NCBI GenBank assembly: GCA_044225365.1
Contig: JBGAIQ010000007.1
Location: 32,001 to 96,000, forward strand
Direction: 5' to 3'
Source: Planctomycetota bacterium
GTDB lineage: Bacteria; Planctomycetota; B15-G4; JADJEK01
Length of the DNA: 64,000 nucleotides
This document shows positions 1 through 10,480 of the stretch, one piece after another. Under the pieces are notes generated by a model. That model was not told the origin of the DNA. It worked only from the letters and a program-made list of their open reading frames with translations, and ran no database searches. A program made the position numbers and the translations under genes. Position 1 is the first letter of the stretch; each line of letters starts with the position of its first letter.

Positions 1-1090
1 GTCGGTCCGCGTACGCTCGAACCAGCGCGAGTGCGTTCTTCGTGCCGATCTGATTCATGAAGCGAAACGCTGGCTTCATGTCGAGCGCGAGTTCGAGGGA
101 CATGTCGAAATCGGAAATCGAGATGAGACCGGCATCGACGATCTCGCACACGATCCCGAAATACGCGCCGCGCAATTCGTTCGTGATGCGCTCCGCGAGT
201 TCCGGCGGCACGTCGACGACTTCTCCGCGGCCGGGAGCGTCCCACGGCTGTCCGCTCTTCACGCGCTCCTTCAGGCTCTCCGGCGTCCGATACCACGAGT
301 TGATCTTGCTCGTGTAGTGGTCGAGGCCGACGGCCGTGATCGGATTTCCGCCCGTGAGATTCATCGCCGTGAACGAACCCACACCGAGACCGAGCGCCTT
401 CGTCGCGACGGTGTCGATCTGCTTCGTCGTCGCGACGCCCGCGTCGGCGATCTTCAAGCTGGCGAGGAAGAGCCCTTCGAACACGGGATCGAGCGCGTAG
501 CCATAGCGCGATTTCACCGCGACCGGGACCTTCCCGATCGACTCGTAGAAGGACGAGAGCCACGCGGCGGTTTCCGTTGCGGTGTCCTTGCCCGACACCA
601 CCTCGACGACCAGGTTCCGCTCGGCCGGGAAGAAGTAGTGAACGACGGCGGTGCGGCCCTTGCGCGCGAGGCTCGCGAAAATGACCTCGGGTTCGAGGTG
701 CGACGAATTCGAGCACAGGATCGCGGTCTCGGAGACGAGTCCCTCGACCTGACCGAAGATCTTACCCTTCAGATCGCGGTTCTCCGTCGCCGCCTCGATG
801 ACGAGGTCGCATCCGCGCAGACGATCGTATTCCGTCGTGAACTCGACATGTGCCAGCATCGCGCGCTGCTCGTCGGCCGTGAAGGCGCCCGCTTCGACAC
901 CCTTGGCGATCTTCTTCTCGAGCTTGGCCTTGCCCTTGGCGAGCGCGTCGTTCGAGACATCGACGACGACCGTGGCGACGGCGTGCGGCGACAACACCTT
1001 GGTGAAGAAGAGTGCGATATCGGGGCCGATCTGACCCGAACCGATGACACCGACTTTGTTGAGCGTGCGGCCGCGATGGCTGTAGGACAT
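1..1090 (-). CDS. 3-hydroxyacyl-CoA dehydrogenase family protein (runs off left edge; possibly fused to enoyl-CoA hydratase)
   Basis: Absent from the ORF track because it has no stop in the window. Manual translation from ATG 1090 gives MSYSHRGRTLNKVGVIGSGQIGPDIA (Rossmann GxGxxG), DLVIEAATE, CSNSSHL, VHYFFPA and IGKVPV, all HADH motifs. Confidence 0.88.
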   Translation of the reverse strand, partial: MSYSHRGRTLNKVGVIGSGQIGPDIALFFTKVLSPHAVATVVVDVSNDALAKGKAKLEKKIAKGVEAGAFTADEQRAMLAHVEFTTEYDRLRGCDLVIEAATENRDLKGKIFGQVEGLVSETAILCSNSSHLEPEVIFASLARKGRTAVVHYFFPAERNLVVEVVSGKDTATETAAWLSSFYESIGKVPVAVKSRYGYALDPVFEGLFLASLKIADAGVATTKQIDTVATKALGLGVGSFTAMNLTGGNPITAVGLDHYTSKINSWYRTPESLKERVKSGQPWDAPGRGEVVDVPPELAERITNELRGAYFGIVCEIVDAGLISISDFDMSLELALDMKPAFRFMNQIGTKNALALVRAYADR

Positions 1091-1336
1091 GGCTGTTCTT
1101 CGATTGGGATTTCGGAAGGAGTTCGAGCGCGTCCACGCGCATGTCGCTTCCGGACTACGTTCGAAACCGGGCAATCTAAATGAGCGCTCGCGTTTGTGCT
1201 AGCCGTGGTTGCGCGGAGGCCTGCTTCGAAGGACCAAGAACTCGGGATCTCGGGATTGGGAGAGACGCCGCGAGCCATGCGCGGATCCTGCACCTCACGT
1301 CCAATTCATCCCCGATCCCAGGAAGCTGCTCGACCC

Positions 1337-2605
1337 ATGATGTCCCTCGTCGCCACCCTCTGCTTCGCCACGATCGTAGACTTCTCGAACCCGTCGATCC
1401 TCGCTTCGCGAAACGCGCTGTCCGGCGATGCGGGGAACGCAGGCGCCTATCGTCCAGTGCTCGCGAAGAACGGGAGGCTCGTGTTCTTCGAGTCCGGTGC
1501 CACCAACCTCGATCCCTCCGACGTTACGACCGATCACGACGTCTTCGTACTCGACCGCCAGGGAACGGGCGTCCAGTTGGCGAAGCTCGGAGATGGTAAC
1601 ACCGACGTGATTGGCGACTGCTATCTCGACGGCGTTTCGAGCAACGGTCGGTACGTGTGCTTCAGCTCGAGCGCGTCGGGAGTCGTCCCGGGCGTCATCC
1701 CGAACGGGATCCAGGAGTACGTTCATGATCGCAAGACCGGGAAGACGATTCTCGCGTCGATGACGACGATGGGAGGCCCGCTCCTCGGCTCGATCTACAA
1801 CGCCTCTCTGTCGCCGAACGGACGGTACTGCGTCTTCACCACCTCGGCATCGGACGTCGTCCCCGGCGTGTCGACGGGCATCCTCCAAGCGTACGTCCGC
1901 GACTTGAAGGCCGGGAAGACCGAACTCGCGTCCGTCGGGTTCAACTCCCAGCCCGCGAACGGCGACTGCTTCGCTCCCAAGGTCTCCAATGATGGCCGCT
2001 ACGTGTTTTTCACGAGCAACGCCACGACGCTCGTTCCCGTGGACGCGAACCAGACGCACGACGTCTTCGTGCGCGATCGCAAGCTGCACACGACTCTGCG
2101 TGCGGCGCTCGGAGCGAATGGAGAACTCGCCAAAGGCGCCGGCGAATATCGAATCACGCCGAATGGAAAGACGATCTTCTTCACGACGGACTCGGACGCT
2201 CTCGGCGACGGCAGCTCCGTCTACCGCGGGATCTACGTTCGGAACATGGCGACGGGCGAGGTCGATGCCGCTGCCCGAACGCAGCAGGGGTCGCTCGTCG
2301 GCGGGATCGAGAGCGGTGATTTCGCGATCAGCAAGTCGGGCCGCTACCTCGCCTTCACGACGTACTACACGTCCATCGTGACTCCGGACCCGAGTGGATC
2401 GAAGCGCGACGTTTTCGTCGCCGATCGCAAGCTCGGAACTGTGAAGATCGCGAGCGTGGGAATGGGTGGCACGGGCGTCAACGCCGATTGTTCGCACGCC
2501 GAGATCAGCGGGAACGGACACGTGGTCGCGTACGACTCGATGGCCACGAACCTGAATCCCGTACCGTCGCTCGGCAAGACGCAGGTGTTCTACACCGAAC
2601 CGTGA
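1337..2605 (+). CDS. Secreted TolB/PD40-like beta-propeller protein
   Basis: Hydrophobic N-terminus from ATG 1337; repeated S(x)NGRYVxFxSxA(T/S)NL / DVFVxDR blades. Confidence 0.8.
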   Translation: MMSLVATLCFATIVDFSNPSILASRNALSGDAGNAGAYRPVLAKNGRLVFFESGATNLDPSDVTTDHDVFVLDRQGTGVQLAKLGDGNTDVIGDCYLDGVSSNGRYVCFSSSASGVVPGVIPNGIQEYVHDRKTGKTILASMTTMGGPLLGSIYNASLSPNGRYCVFTTSASDVVPGVSTGILQAYVRDLKAGKTELASVGFNSQPANGDCFAPKVSNDGRYVFFTSNATTLVPVDANQTHDVFVRDRKLHTTLRAALGANGELAKGAGEYRITPNGKTIFFTTDSDALGDGSSVYRGIYVRNMATGEVDAAARTQQGSLVGGIESGDFAISKSGRYLAFTTYYTSIVTPDPSGSKRDVFVADRKLGTVKIASVGMGGTGVNADCSHAEISGNGHVVAYDSMATNLNPVPSLGKTQVFYTEP

Positions 2606-2699
2606 TCCATTCGGTCGCGGGCCGATATCGCCGAGACCCCGGACGGATTTCCCGGATCGAAGGAATGAACGAACTCTTCTCCTCCGGATCGGGGTCTCC

Positions 2700-3965
2700 A
2701 TGTTCTTCTTCGCGGCGGCACTCGCTCTCTCTTCATCACCGCACTTCGAGGCGCCGGCCACGATGGTGTCGGCCGTACCCGGTACGAACACGTTCGCGAA
2801 CGCCGGAAGCAACGGTCCCCGACTCGCGAAGATGGGAAGGCTCGTCTTCTTCACTTCGACAGCGACGAACCTCGATCCCGCGGACAAGTCGGCCGATGAC
2901 GACGTCTTCGTCTACGACGGCGCGAAGAACAAGCTCGAACTCGTGCGAGTGGGCGATGGGTACGTGGATCCGATCGGAGCTACGTCCCTCTGTGGGGTCT
3001 CGGAGAATGGGCGAATCGTTGCGTTCGTCTCCTACGCGAAGAACGTGGTCCCTGGCGTCCAGGACGGAGTCGGACGAGCGTATCTCCACGATCGCACGAC
3101 GGGACACACCGTTCTCGCAGCGAAGAACCAGAACGGCACGCCGATCGCCGGTGCGGCGATCGAGGCGTCGCTCTCGGAGAACGGCAGGTTCCTGGTGTTC
3201 GTCACCAAGTCGCCAAGCGTCGTCCCGGGCGTCCAGAACGGGGTCGCCGAAACGTATCTCTACGATGTCGCCCACGACGTGGTCTCACTCGCCTCCGTCT
3301 CGAACGATGAGCAGCCGAGCGCTGCGGACACCTTCGGATCGAAGGTCTCGAACGACGGCCGGTTCGTGTTCTTCGTGAGCACCGCCACCAATCTGGTGTC
3401 GAGCAACAAGAACAACTTCGCGGACGTATTCGTCAGAGACATGAAGCTCGGTACGACGGCGCGCGCATCCCTCGGCGTCGCGGGCGAGCTCACGAAAGTC
3501 GTCAACGCGTTCGAGATCACGTCGAACGGGCGGGTCTTGATCTTCAACACGAGCGCCGACGTGCTGGGCGATGGAGGCATCGCTCTCGGACTCTATCGGC
3601 GGGACCTGAAGACCGGGATCGTGACGGGTGCGTGTGCCGGCGCGAAAGTCGCCGTTCCGGGTGGAATCAGCAACGGGCAATACAAAGTGAGCCGAAACGG
3701 TCGGTTCCTCGCCTTCATCACGAACTCGACGGACGTCGTCGACTTCGATCCGAGCAGCTTTCACGCCGACGTGTTCCTCTTCGATGCGAAGAAGAAGCAT
3801 GTCGAGGTCGCAACGTTCGCGGCGAACGGCGGGGGTATCGACAACGACTGCTACTCACCGGCGGTGAGCCGGGACGGAAAGAAGATCGCGTTCGACTCCG
3901 TGGCGACGAATCTCATGGCGCCGGCGACTCCGTTCCAGCACCACACCTACCTCGTCACGCGTTGA
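2700..3965 (+). CDS. Secreted TolB/PD40-like beta-propeller protein (paralog of upstream gene)
   Basis: Same blade repeats and shared segments (LAKxGRLVFF, ATNLDP, KVSNDGRxVFF, LGDG, DSxATNL). Confidence 0.8.
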   Translation: MFFFAAALALSSSPHFEAPATMVSAVPGTNTFANAGSNGPRLAKMGRLVFFTSTATNLDPADKSADDDVFVYDGAKNKLELVRVGDGYVDPIGATSLCGVSENGRIVAFVSYAKNVVPGVQDGVGRAYLHDRTTGHTVLAAKNQNGTPIAGAAIEASLSENGRFLVFVTKSPSVVPGVQNGVAETYLYDVAHDVVSLASVSNDEQPSAADTFGSKVSNDGRFVFFVSTATNLVSSNKNNFADVFVRDMKLGTTARASLGVAGELTKVVNAFEITSNGRVLIFNTSADVLGDGGIALGLYRRDLKTGIVTGACAGAKVAVPGGISNGQYKVSRNGRFLAFITNSTDVVDFDPSSFHADVFLFDAKKKHVEVATFAANGGGIDNDCYSPAVSRDGKKIAFDSVATNLMAPATPFQHHTYLVTR

Positions 3966-3984
3966 AGCGTCCGCGCCCTTGTCG

Positions 3985-5493
3985 TCAGGGCGCCGAGGCT
4001 CTGTAGAACTCCATGAGGTCGGCCTTCATCTTGGCGAGGCTCGAGCGCTGGATGTAGATCATGTGGCCTGCGGGATACTCGGCGCGCTGCAGGCGGCCAC
4101 GTTGTTCGGGATCGAGACCGAGGTGATCGAGGACGTACCAGCTTGCGAAGTACGGCGTCGCGAAATCGTAGTGTCCGCCAGCGACGAAGACGTGAAGGAA
4201 CGGGTTCACGGTCATGGCATCGCGCAGACGCGTCGCAACGTTCACGTACCGATTGCGCGCGCCGCCCCAGTTCCAGGGCTGGACGCGGCCGGTGAGGATT
4301 TCGTAGGGCAGATCGCTCTCGAAGCCGAGTTCGCGTCGAACGTAGTCGTTGAGGGCGCCAGAGAACACGCCTTGGATGTTCGCGTAGCTCGGGTCGTAGC
4401 GCACCGAGTCGGCGGCGGCGTCGGGGTCGATTCCGACGAAGCGCGAGTCGAGGCGCCCGATCGTGCGACGGCGATCCCGCAGCAGTTCGGCCTGGAAGCG
4501 ATCGAGCGAGACGCGCAGATTGCATTGCATCACGAAATCCGGCGAGAGTCCGAGATAGCGACCCATCTCGGTCGCCACGGCACGACGATCGGCGTCGGGG
4601 AGCGCGTCGCCCTTCATCAACGCGAGGGTCCAAGGTCCGAGGACCTTCGCCTCGACGTCGCGAAGGATCTTGTCGAGATCGCTGCCCAGATCGGGCGCGA
4701 GCTTCTTGTGGAAGAACGCCGTTGCGGTGCAGGTGGGGTACTGGAGGAGATACGCGATATCGTTGCCGGGATCGGTCTCGACCGTGTGGAAATCGAGGAT
4801 CGCCGAGATGAGCACGACCCCGTTCAAGTACATCCCGTGGCGATCCTGAAGTTGGCGCGAAAGCGCGGCTGCGCGCGTGGTGCCGTAGCTTTCGCCCGCG
4901 AGGAACTTCGGCGATGGCCACCGCTTGTAGAACGTCGTGAACAGGCGGATGAACTCGGAGACGGCGTCGACGTCCTCGTCGAGACCGTAGAACTGCTGCG
5001 GATTCTCGCCGGGGGCCGTGCGGCTGTAGCCCGTGGTCGGCGGATCGATGAACACGAGATCGGAGATGTCGAGCAGCGTGCTCGGATTCTCGATGATCTT
5101 GCTCGGCGGCGGCCCGGCGTTCCCCTCCGCATCGAGTTCGACGATCTTCGGTCCGAAACAGCCGAGGTGCAGCCAGACGGAGGACGATCCCGGTCCGCCG
5201 TTGAAGATGTAGGTGATCGGTCGCTTGGCGACGTCGGTCACGCCGCTCTTGAAGTACGCGGTGAAGAAGATCCTGGCCTTCTCCTTGCCGTCCTCGGACT
5301 TCAATGGGAGCGTCCCTGCGACCGTGTCGTAGGCCAGCTCCTGACCTCCGACGTGCGTGGTCGCGGTGCGACGGACGTGGTCCTTGTCGAGCGCAGCTTC
5401 CGGCGGCTTCTTGGGGGGATCCTCCGCGTGGGCCCGAGTGGCGGAGATCAGGCAAATCACGAGCAACGACCATCGCAGGACGATTCGACTCAC
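3985..5493 (-). CDS. Serine carboxypeptidase, peptidase family S10 (exported)
   Basis: FNGGPG, DLVFIDP, GESYG nucleophile motif, YDFATP, AGHMIY. GTG start at 5493 follows GAGGA RBS and gives a signal peptide. Confidence 0.92.
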   Translation of the reverse strand: MSRIVLRWSLLVICLISATRAHAEDPPKKPPEAALDKDHVRRTATTHVGGQELAYDTVAGTLPLKSEDGKEKARIFFTAYFKSGVTDVAKRPITYIFNGGPGSSSVWLHLGCFGPKIVELDAEGNAGPPPSKIIENPSTLLDISDLVFIDPPTTGYSRTAPGENPQQFYGLDEDVDAVSEFIRLFTTFYKRWPSPKFLAGESYGTTRAAALSRQLQDRHGMYLNGVVLISAILDFHTVETDPGNDIAYLLQYPTCTATAFFHKKLAPDLGSDLDKILRDVEAKVLGPWTLALMKGDALPDADRRAVATEMGRYLGLSPDFVMQCNLRVSLDRFQAELLRDRRRTIGRLDSRFVGIDPDAAADSVRYDPSYANIQGVFSGALNDYVRRELGFESDLPYEILTGRVQPWNWGGARNRYVNVATRLRDAMTVNPFLHVFVAGGHYDFATPYFASWYVLDHLGLDPEQRGRLQRAEYPAGHMIYIQRSSLAKMKADLMEFYRASAP

Positions 5494-5562
5494 CGGTAAG
5501 TCCTCTTCATCGTGGAGCTTCTGCGGCATTCCAGGGGTCGAACCATTTCACCAGAATCCGCC

Positions 5563-5589
5563 TCAAACGCATCCCTCGAGCGCCGAAGA
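5563..5589 (+). promoter_or_regulatory. Putative sigma28 (FliA-type) promoter
   Basis: TCAA-N15-GCCGAAGA against consensus TAAA/TCAA-N15-GCCGATAA, about 120 bp upstream of ATG 5711. Confidence 0.5.
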
Positions 5590-5710
5590 ATAGGGGTGGT
5601 CGATCTCGTCGTCGCTTCCCTGCGTGGGGCGGTCGGAGGGCTCGACTCGAGAGGGTAGGAGGCGGGGCGGACGAGGGATGGGCCCTCGGGAGCTCCGATG
5701 GAGGCGCACG

Positions 5711-6283
5711 ATGGATGCGCAGGATGTGCCAGGACCGTCGGAATCCGCGGAGATTCCGAGTATCCCGATCTTCCCGGCGACGCGACTCGAGCGTCGGCCG
5801 CAATCCCCCCTTCGTGAGTTCCTGAAGTCCAAGCTGGACGACGCCACGAGCGTGGAGGGAACCGATCGCGTCGAGATCTCGGCGCGTGGCCGCGACTACC
5901 ATTCGACGCAGGTCCTCTTCGAGCGCATCGCGCGCTCGTTCAACGACGCTGCGCGGTCGACTGGGATTTCGTCGGCGCTCGACCTGACGCGCCTCGACGG
6001 CAAGCTCCTCGACTCCCCGGACTCGTCCCCCGATGTCACTGCCGGCTTCGTATTGGAGGAACTGCAGCGCGTTGCCTCGGCGAGCTTCGCGCGCGGCGAG
6101 GCCGTGAAGACCCGCGCCTTCGAGTCGTTCCGCGAAGAGGCTCGCACGGCGGCGACGACGGCGCTCGATGCGGCGAAATCGCGCCTCCAAGCCGCGGGAC
6201 AGCTCGACGACGCGACGAGGAGTCGCCTCGACGCGACCGCCGAGCGGATCGTGAAGGGGATCGCCGAGCTGAAGCCCTTCTGA
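5711..6283 (+). CDS. Hypothetical protein, DUF5610-like helical domain with N-terminal DxVxIS motif
   Basis: GGAGG RBS before ATG 5711; DRVEIS motif; DSSPDVTA...LQAAGQL...LDATAERIVKGI resembles the DUF5610 pattern as recalled (not searched). Confidence 0.55.
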   Translation: MDAQDVPGPSESAEIPSIPIFPATRLERRPQSPLREFLKSKLDDATSVEGTDRVEISARGRDYHSTQVLFERIARSFNDAARSTGISSALDLTRLDGKLLDSPDSSPDVTAGFVLEELQRVASASFARGEAVKTRAFESFREEARTAATTALDAAKSRLQAAGQLDDATRSRLDATAERIVKGIAELKPF

Positions 6284-6303
6284 TCTGCTTCCGCTTCTCT
6301 ATC

Positions 6304-7044
6304 GTGACGCGAGTGTATCGCGTCATCCTCGTTCGAACTCAAGGCGCGCGGAACGCGGGTCTCGCGGCTCGCGCCGTCGCCAATTTCGGACCCGCGGAGT
6401 TGTACTTCGCGGCGCCCGTTGATCCCGGTCTGTTCCAGACCTGCGAGTTCTACGAGATGGCCCACGGCGTGAAGAACTCGCGCACTCGCTTCCCAATCGT
6501 CGCCACGCTGGAGGAAGCGCTGGCGGAATGCACCGATTCGTACGGCTTCACCGCGCGGATGCGACGCCATCGGGGGATGCGTGATCTGATGGAGCTCGCG
6601 ACCGAGTTCGACAACCGATCCCACGCACCCGGGGAGCGGATCGCGCTGGTCTTCGGCAACGAGATCGACGGGATGACGACGGAAGAGACCGCGCTGTTGA
6701 GGCACCTCGTGCACATCCGCACGTCGCGGGAGCAACCGTCGATCAATCTCGGGGCGTGCGTGTCCATCGTCATGTCCCGACTCTACGTCGGCGAGGGTGC
6801 GAAGCACGCGAGCAAGAAGCATCGTCCGCTGGCGGCGGCGAAGACGGACATGCTCATCACGCACTTGAAGCCCGCGCTGTTGCGGCTCGTACGCGGCGAG
6901 TCGGCAACGAGGGATCTCGAAGCGAGCATCGATCGCGTCTTTCGCTCGGCGCAGCTCGAGACGCGGGACGCCAGAGCGTGGCATCGACTCGCGCGACTCG
7001 TGCTCGGCGAGACTGCGACCGACGGCGACGACACGAACGGCTGA
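6304..7044 (+). CDS. SpoU/TrmJ-LasT family RNA methyltransferase
   Basis: RVILVRT..NAGLAARAVANFG, ALVFGNEIDGM and PSINLG SPOUT motifs. Confidence 0.88.
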   Translation: MTRVYRVILVRTQGARNAGLAARAVANFGPAELYFAAPVDPGLFQTCEFYEMAHGVKNSRTRFPIVATLEEALAECTDSYGFTARMRRHRGMRDLMELATEFDNRSHAPGERIALVFGNEIDGMTTEETALLRHLVHIRTSREQPSINLGACVSIVMSRLYVGEGAKHASKKHRPLAAAKTDMLITHLKPALLRLVRGESATRDLEASIDRVFRSAQLETRDARAWHRLARLVLGETATDGDDTNG

Positions 7045-7048
7045 GACG

Positions 7049-8062
7049 TCAGTTCTGGTGCGACTCGGGTTTCGTCGGCTCTTGGGATTTCGCATCCTTC
7101 GGGGCGGATGCTTCCGGCTTGGCTGCGGTCGGGTTCCTTCCGGCGAATACCTCGGCGTGGAACTCGAGAGAGAAGTCGACGTACTTCACGTAGTAGTCGC
7201 GCCCGTGATCTCCCGTACGCAGATGATACTCATGGGGGATCGACCGCTTGTCGAGTGCTTCGTGAAGGGCGCGGGCGCCGATGTCGAAGCCGAAGTCGTC
7301 GTTGTCTCCGCAATCGAAGTAGATCGCGAGGGACTTCAGCGCGTCCGCATCGCCTTCCTTCGCGACGTGGATCGGATTGTTCGCCTTCCACAGCGCGACG
7401 TCCGGTGGGTCGCCGAAGATCTGGCGGACCCGCTTGCCGAATCGCTTCATCCACTCGGGCGTCTGACTCGGGTCCTCGGGAAGCAGCGCCGCGGAATGGG
7501 CGCTGATCGAGCCGAAGACCTTGGGATTGCGGAAGCCGAGGTTGAGAGCGCCAAAGCCTCCCATCGAGTCGCCGGTGAGCCCGCGCTTGCTGCGGTCCGC
7601 GATCGTTCGGTACTTCTTGTCGATCGCTTCCACGAGGTCCTTCACGATGAAGGTCTCCCAGTCCGCGGAGCCGTCGGCCCACTTCATGTAGAACGAATTC
7701 TCGCCGTCAGGGCAAACGACGATCATCGGTTCGACCTTCTTCGATGCGATCAGCGCGTCGAGGTGCTTCGGCGTGCCGCGCTGCTCCCACTTGTGCTCGG
7801 ACCCGAACATGCCATGGAGGAAGTAGACCGCGGGGTAGCGCTTGGCCTGATCCGCGTCGTATCCCGCCGGCAGGTAGACGCCGACCGAGACCTGACGCTT
7901 CAGAGTGGGGGAATCGATCTGGACGTACTCGACCTTCGAGGTCGGTTCGGCGGCGGGCTGCGCCGCGGGCGCCTTCGTCGCAGGATCCTGTGCCCAGCTC
8001 GACGTCGCGAAACCAAGAAGGAGAAGACCGGTGAACCGAGGCAACGAACGCGTGAGCACCAT
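7049..8062 (-). CDS. Exported esterase (alpha/beta hydrolase, Fes/FrmB-like)
   Basis: VYLPAGY..YPAVYFLHG, GDSMGG nucleophile elbow, DCGDND, GDH; signal peptide. Confidence 0.88.
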   Translation of the reverse strand: MVLTRSLPRFTGLLLLGFATSSWAQDPATKAPAAQPAAEPTSKVEYVQIDSPTLKRQVSVGVYLPAGYDADQAKRYPAVYFLHGMFGSEHKWEQRGTPKHLDALIASKKVEPMIVVCPDGENSFYMKWADGSADWETFIVKDLVEAIDKKYRTIADRSKRGLTGDSMGGFGALNLGFRNPKVFGSISAHSAALLPEDPSQTPEWMKRFGKRVRQIFGDPPDVALWKANNPIHVAKEGDADALKSLAIYFDCGDNDDFGFDIGARALHEALDKRSIPHEYHLRTGDHGRDYYVKYVDFSLEFHAEVFAGRNPTAAKPEASAPKDAKSQEPTKPESHQN

Positions 8063-8154
8063 CGAACGCTCCGGGTGTTGGGAGGATCGTGGGGAATCCT
8101 AACAGCCTGTTCCTTTGCCGCCCATGAGGAACCGCCGGGCATCCGGTGGCCGCT

Positions 8155-10119
8155 TCAGAACGAATAGCGCGAGAGAACGTCGCGCAACTCGTTGCTCATC
8201 CTCGCCAACTCCTCGGTGGCCTGCTCGACCCCGACGATGCTCTCTCGGGCTCGCGACGTGCCAACTGCGACCACAGTGTTCGCCTTCGCCATCTCTCCGG
8301 CGCTCGTCGACACGGTGGTGATCGTGTTCGTCAGCTCCGAACTGTTCGCGGACTGCTCCTCGACGGCGCCCGCGATGGAACTCTGGAGGTCGCTGACCGT
8401 CCGGATCGAAAGCGCGATCTTGCCGATCGATTCGATCGCGGCGGAGGTCTCGTTCTGGATCGAGAGCACGCGTTGCGAGATCGTCTCCGTGGCCTTTCTG
8501 GTCTCCATCGCGAGTTCCTTCACCTCGGTCGCCACGACGGCGAAGCCCTTCCCCGTTTCGCCGGCGCGCGCCGCCTCGATCGTGGCGTTCAGCGCGAGGA
8601 GGTTCGTCTGCTCGGCGATGGTGGTGATGACTCTCACGACCTCGCCGATCGCCTTGCTGCTGTCGGCGAGCTGACGCATCGCGCGGTCCGTCGTGTTCGC
8701 GAGGTCCGAGGCCTCCGCCGCGCAACGGGCACCTTCCGAGGTGTTGCGACTGATGTCCGTCACGGCGGTACTCATCTCTTCGAGACTCTTCGCGGCGGTC
8801 TGAATGCTCGAATTCACCTGCTGCGACGCGGCCGCGACCTTCGTGGCCTCGGCCGAGGCGTCGTCCGATGTCTGACGGATCTCGCGCGATGCGGTCGCGA
8901 GTTCGGTCGCGGCACTAGCGAGGTGAACCGTGTTCTCCTGGATCGTGCGAAACGAGGTGCGCAGGGACTGCGTCGCCGCGCCGAGCGACCTCTTCATCTG
9001 CCCGATCTCGTCGTCCTGGTCGTAGTCTGCTTCCGCCGTGAAGTCCCCGGCCGCGACTCGATCGAGAACGGCGCACATGTTCACGATCGGTCGGGTGAAG
9101 CGACCGGCGACGAAGAACCCGAAGACCGTGGAGGCGATTGCCGCCGCGAGGCCGAGCGCCAGGATCCAGTTGCGCAATTCGCTCGCCGCGGCGACGGCTT
9201 GCGCCTCATCGACGGTAATGAGACAACGCCAATCGTAGCCTGGAAAGCCGAGAGCTCCGTCGGCCCGGGCGATTCCGCAGAGCGTCGGCACGTGGGACGT
9301 GGGATCTTCCGCGAGCAGATAGTGACCCGCGCCGGGTTTCAATCCGGTCGTGTACTCCAGGTTCGAACGAGCGTACGCGTCCGACCCGACGATGTGCCGA
9401 TCTTCGGCATCGAAGACCCGGTCCTTGGAGTCGACGAGAACGACCCGCGCGGATCCGAGGCCGCTTCTTCGAAGTGCTACTTCCGATTCCCGGGTGATCG
9501 CGTCGAGGATACGCGCAGGCGAGGCGCAGTTCATCCAGACCCGTTCGATCGCGCCCGAAGCTCCGAAGATCGGCGCCGCGAAGTGCAGAGTCGCGATGTC
9601 CGCCCGGCCGGCGGCCGCGAGAAGGGGTTCGTCTGCGATATCCGAGTAGTAGCTTGCGCCGGCGGTGATCTTCCCGGAACGAACGCTCTTGAACCACTCC
9701 GCGTCGGCGACCGAGCGGCCGACGAGCGATTGCGTGGGGAGGGGGTGGCCATCGGCGTCCACCGTGTTCGTACCGAGGATCTTGCCGTCGAGGTCGGCGA
9801 CGACGAGCAGATCGTAGACGACATAGGAGCGGCAGTAGAAGTTGGCGGCTTCCTCGATCGCCGCTGCGTCGCCACGCGCGTTTGGATGGAACGCGAAGGC
9901 CTGGACGTCGCCGAATCGCTCGAAGAGGTTCCGATCCGCCTTGTCGAGGATCTCGCTCGCTTCTCTTGCGAGGGAGTCACCCTGTTCGTCGATGAGCGAC
10001 GTGCGTGCGTGTTGCCACGCGATCGTGCCGAGGAGTCCGGACGTCACGATCGAGAGCGCGGCGATGGAAAATCCGAGGCGAACGCGAAGGCTCGAGGTCG
10101 TGGAAGAATGCGAGGCCAT
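8155..10119 (-). CDS. Methyl-accepting chemotaxis protein (TM - Cache-like sensor - TM - HAMP - signalling domain)
   Basis: [37 protein letters not shown] hairpin; HAMP DEIGQM; two TM segments; start moved to ATG 10119. Confidence 0.95.
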   Translation of the reverse strand: MASHSSTTSSLRVRLGFSIAALSIVTSGLLGTIAWQHARTSLIDEQGDSLAREASEILDKADRNLFERFGDVQAFAFHPNARGDAAAIEEAANFYCRSYVVYDLLVVADLDGKILGTNTVDADGHPLPTQSLVGRSVADAEWFKSVRSGKITAGASYYSDIADEPLLAAAGRADIATLHFAAPIFGASGAIERVWMNCASPARILDAITRESEVALRRSGLGSARVVLVDSKDRVFDAEDRHIVGSDAYARSNLEYTTGLKPGAGHYLLAEDPTSHVPTLCGIARADGALGFPGYDWRCLITVDEAQAVAAASELRNWILALGLAAAIASTVFGFFVAGRFTRPIVNMCAVLDRVAAGDFTAEADYDQDDEIGQMKRSLGAATQSLRTSFRTIQENTVHLASAATELATASREIRQTSDDASAEATKVAAASQQVNSSIQTAAKSLEEMSTAVTDISRNTSEGARCAAEASDLANTTDRAMRQLADSSKAIGEVVRVITTIAEQTNLLALNATIEAARAGETGKGFAVVATEVKELAMETRKATETISQRVLSIQNETSAAIESIGKIALSIRTVSDLQSSIAGAVEEQSANSSELTNTITTVSTSAGEMAKANTVVAVGTSRARESIVGVEQATEELARMSNELRDVLSRYSF

Positions 10120-10480
10120 GGCGGTTCCCAACTCGTAGGAGTGCGAACTCCGTTCGCGATTCGCACTCGCGTCACGGATGTGAATCCAATTTCCATTCCC
10201 GCTCCGAATCGGAAATCGGAACGTGACCCATCCTCGTTCATCGTCCGGGGATCCCGGACCGCTTGAGGTGATGCGCAGAATGTCGCAGCTCGACGCTTTG
10301 ACGGCTGCGAAGGGCCGCGAAGGGGCTCCATCCCGGATTCCGACGCGCGGGTCGATCGTGCGTTCCCCGCCGATCTGACGATCGAAACGAGCTCGAGGTG
10401 CGATAAACTCTTCGGTCTTTGTCATGGGGTAGCCGATGCAGTGCGATCGGAACCCCACGAAGCCCGTTCGAGAATTGCCG

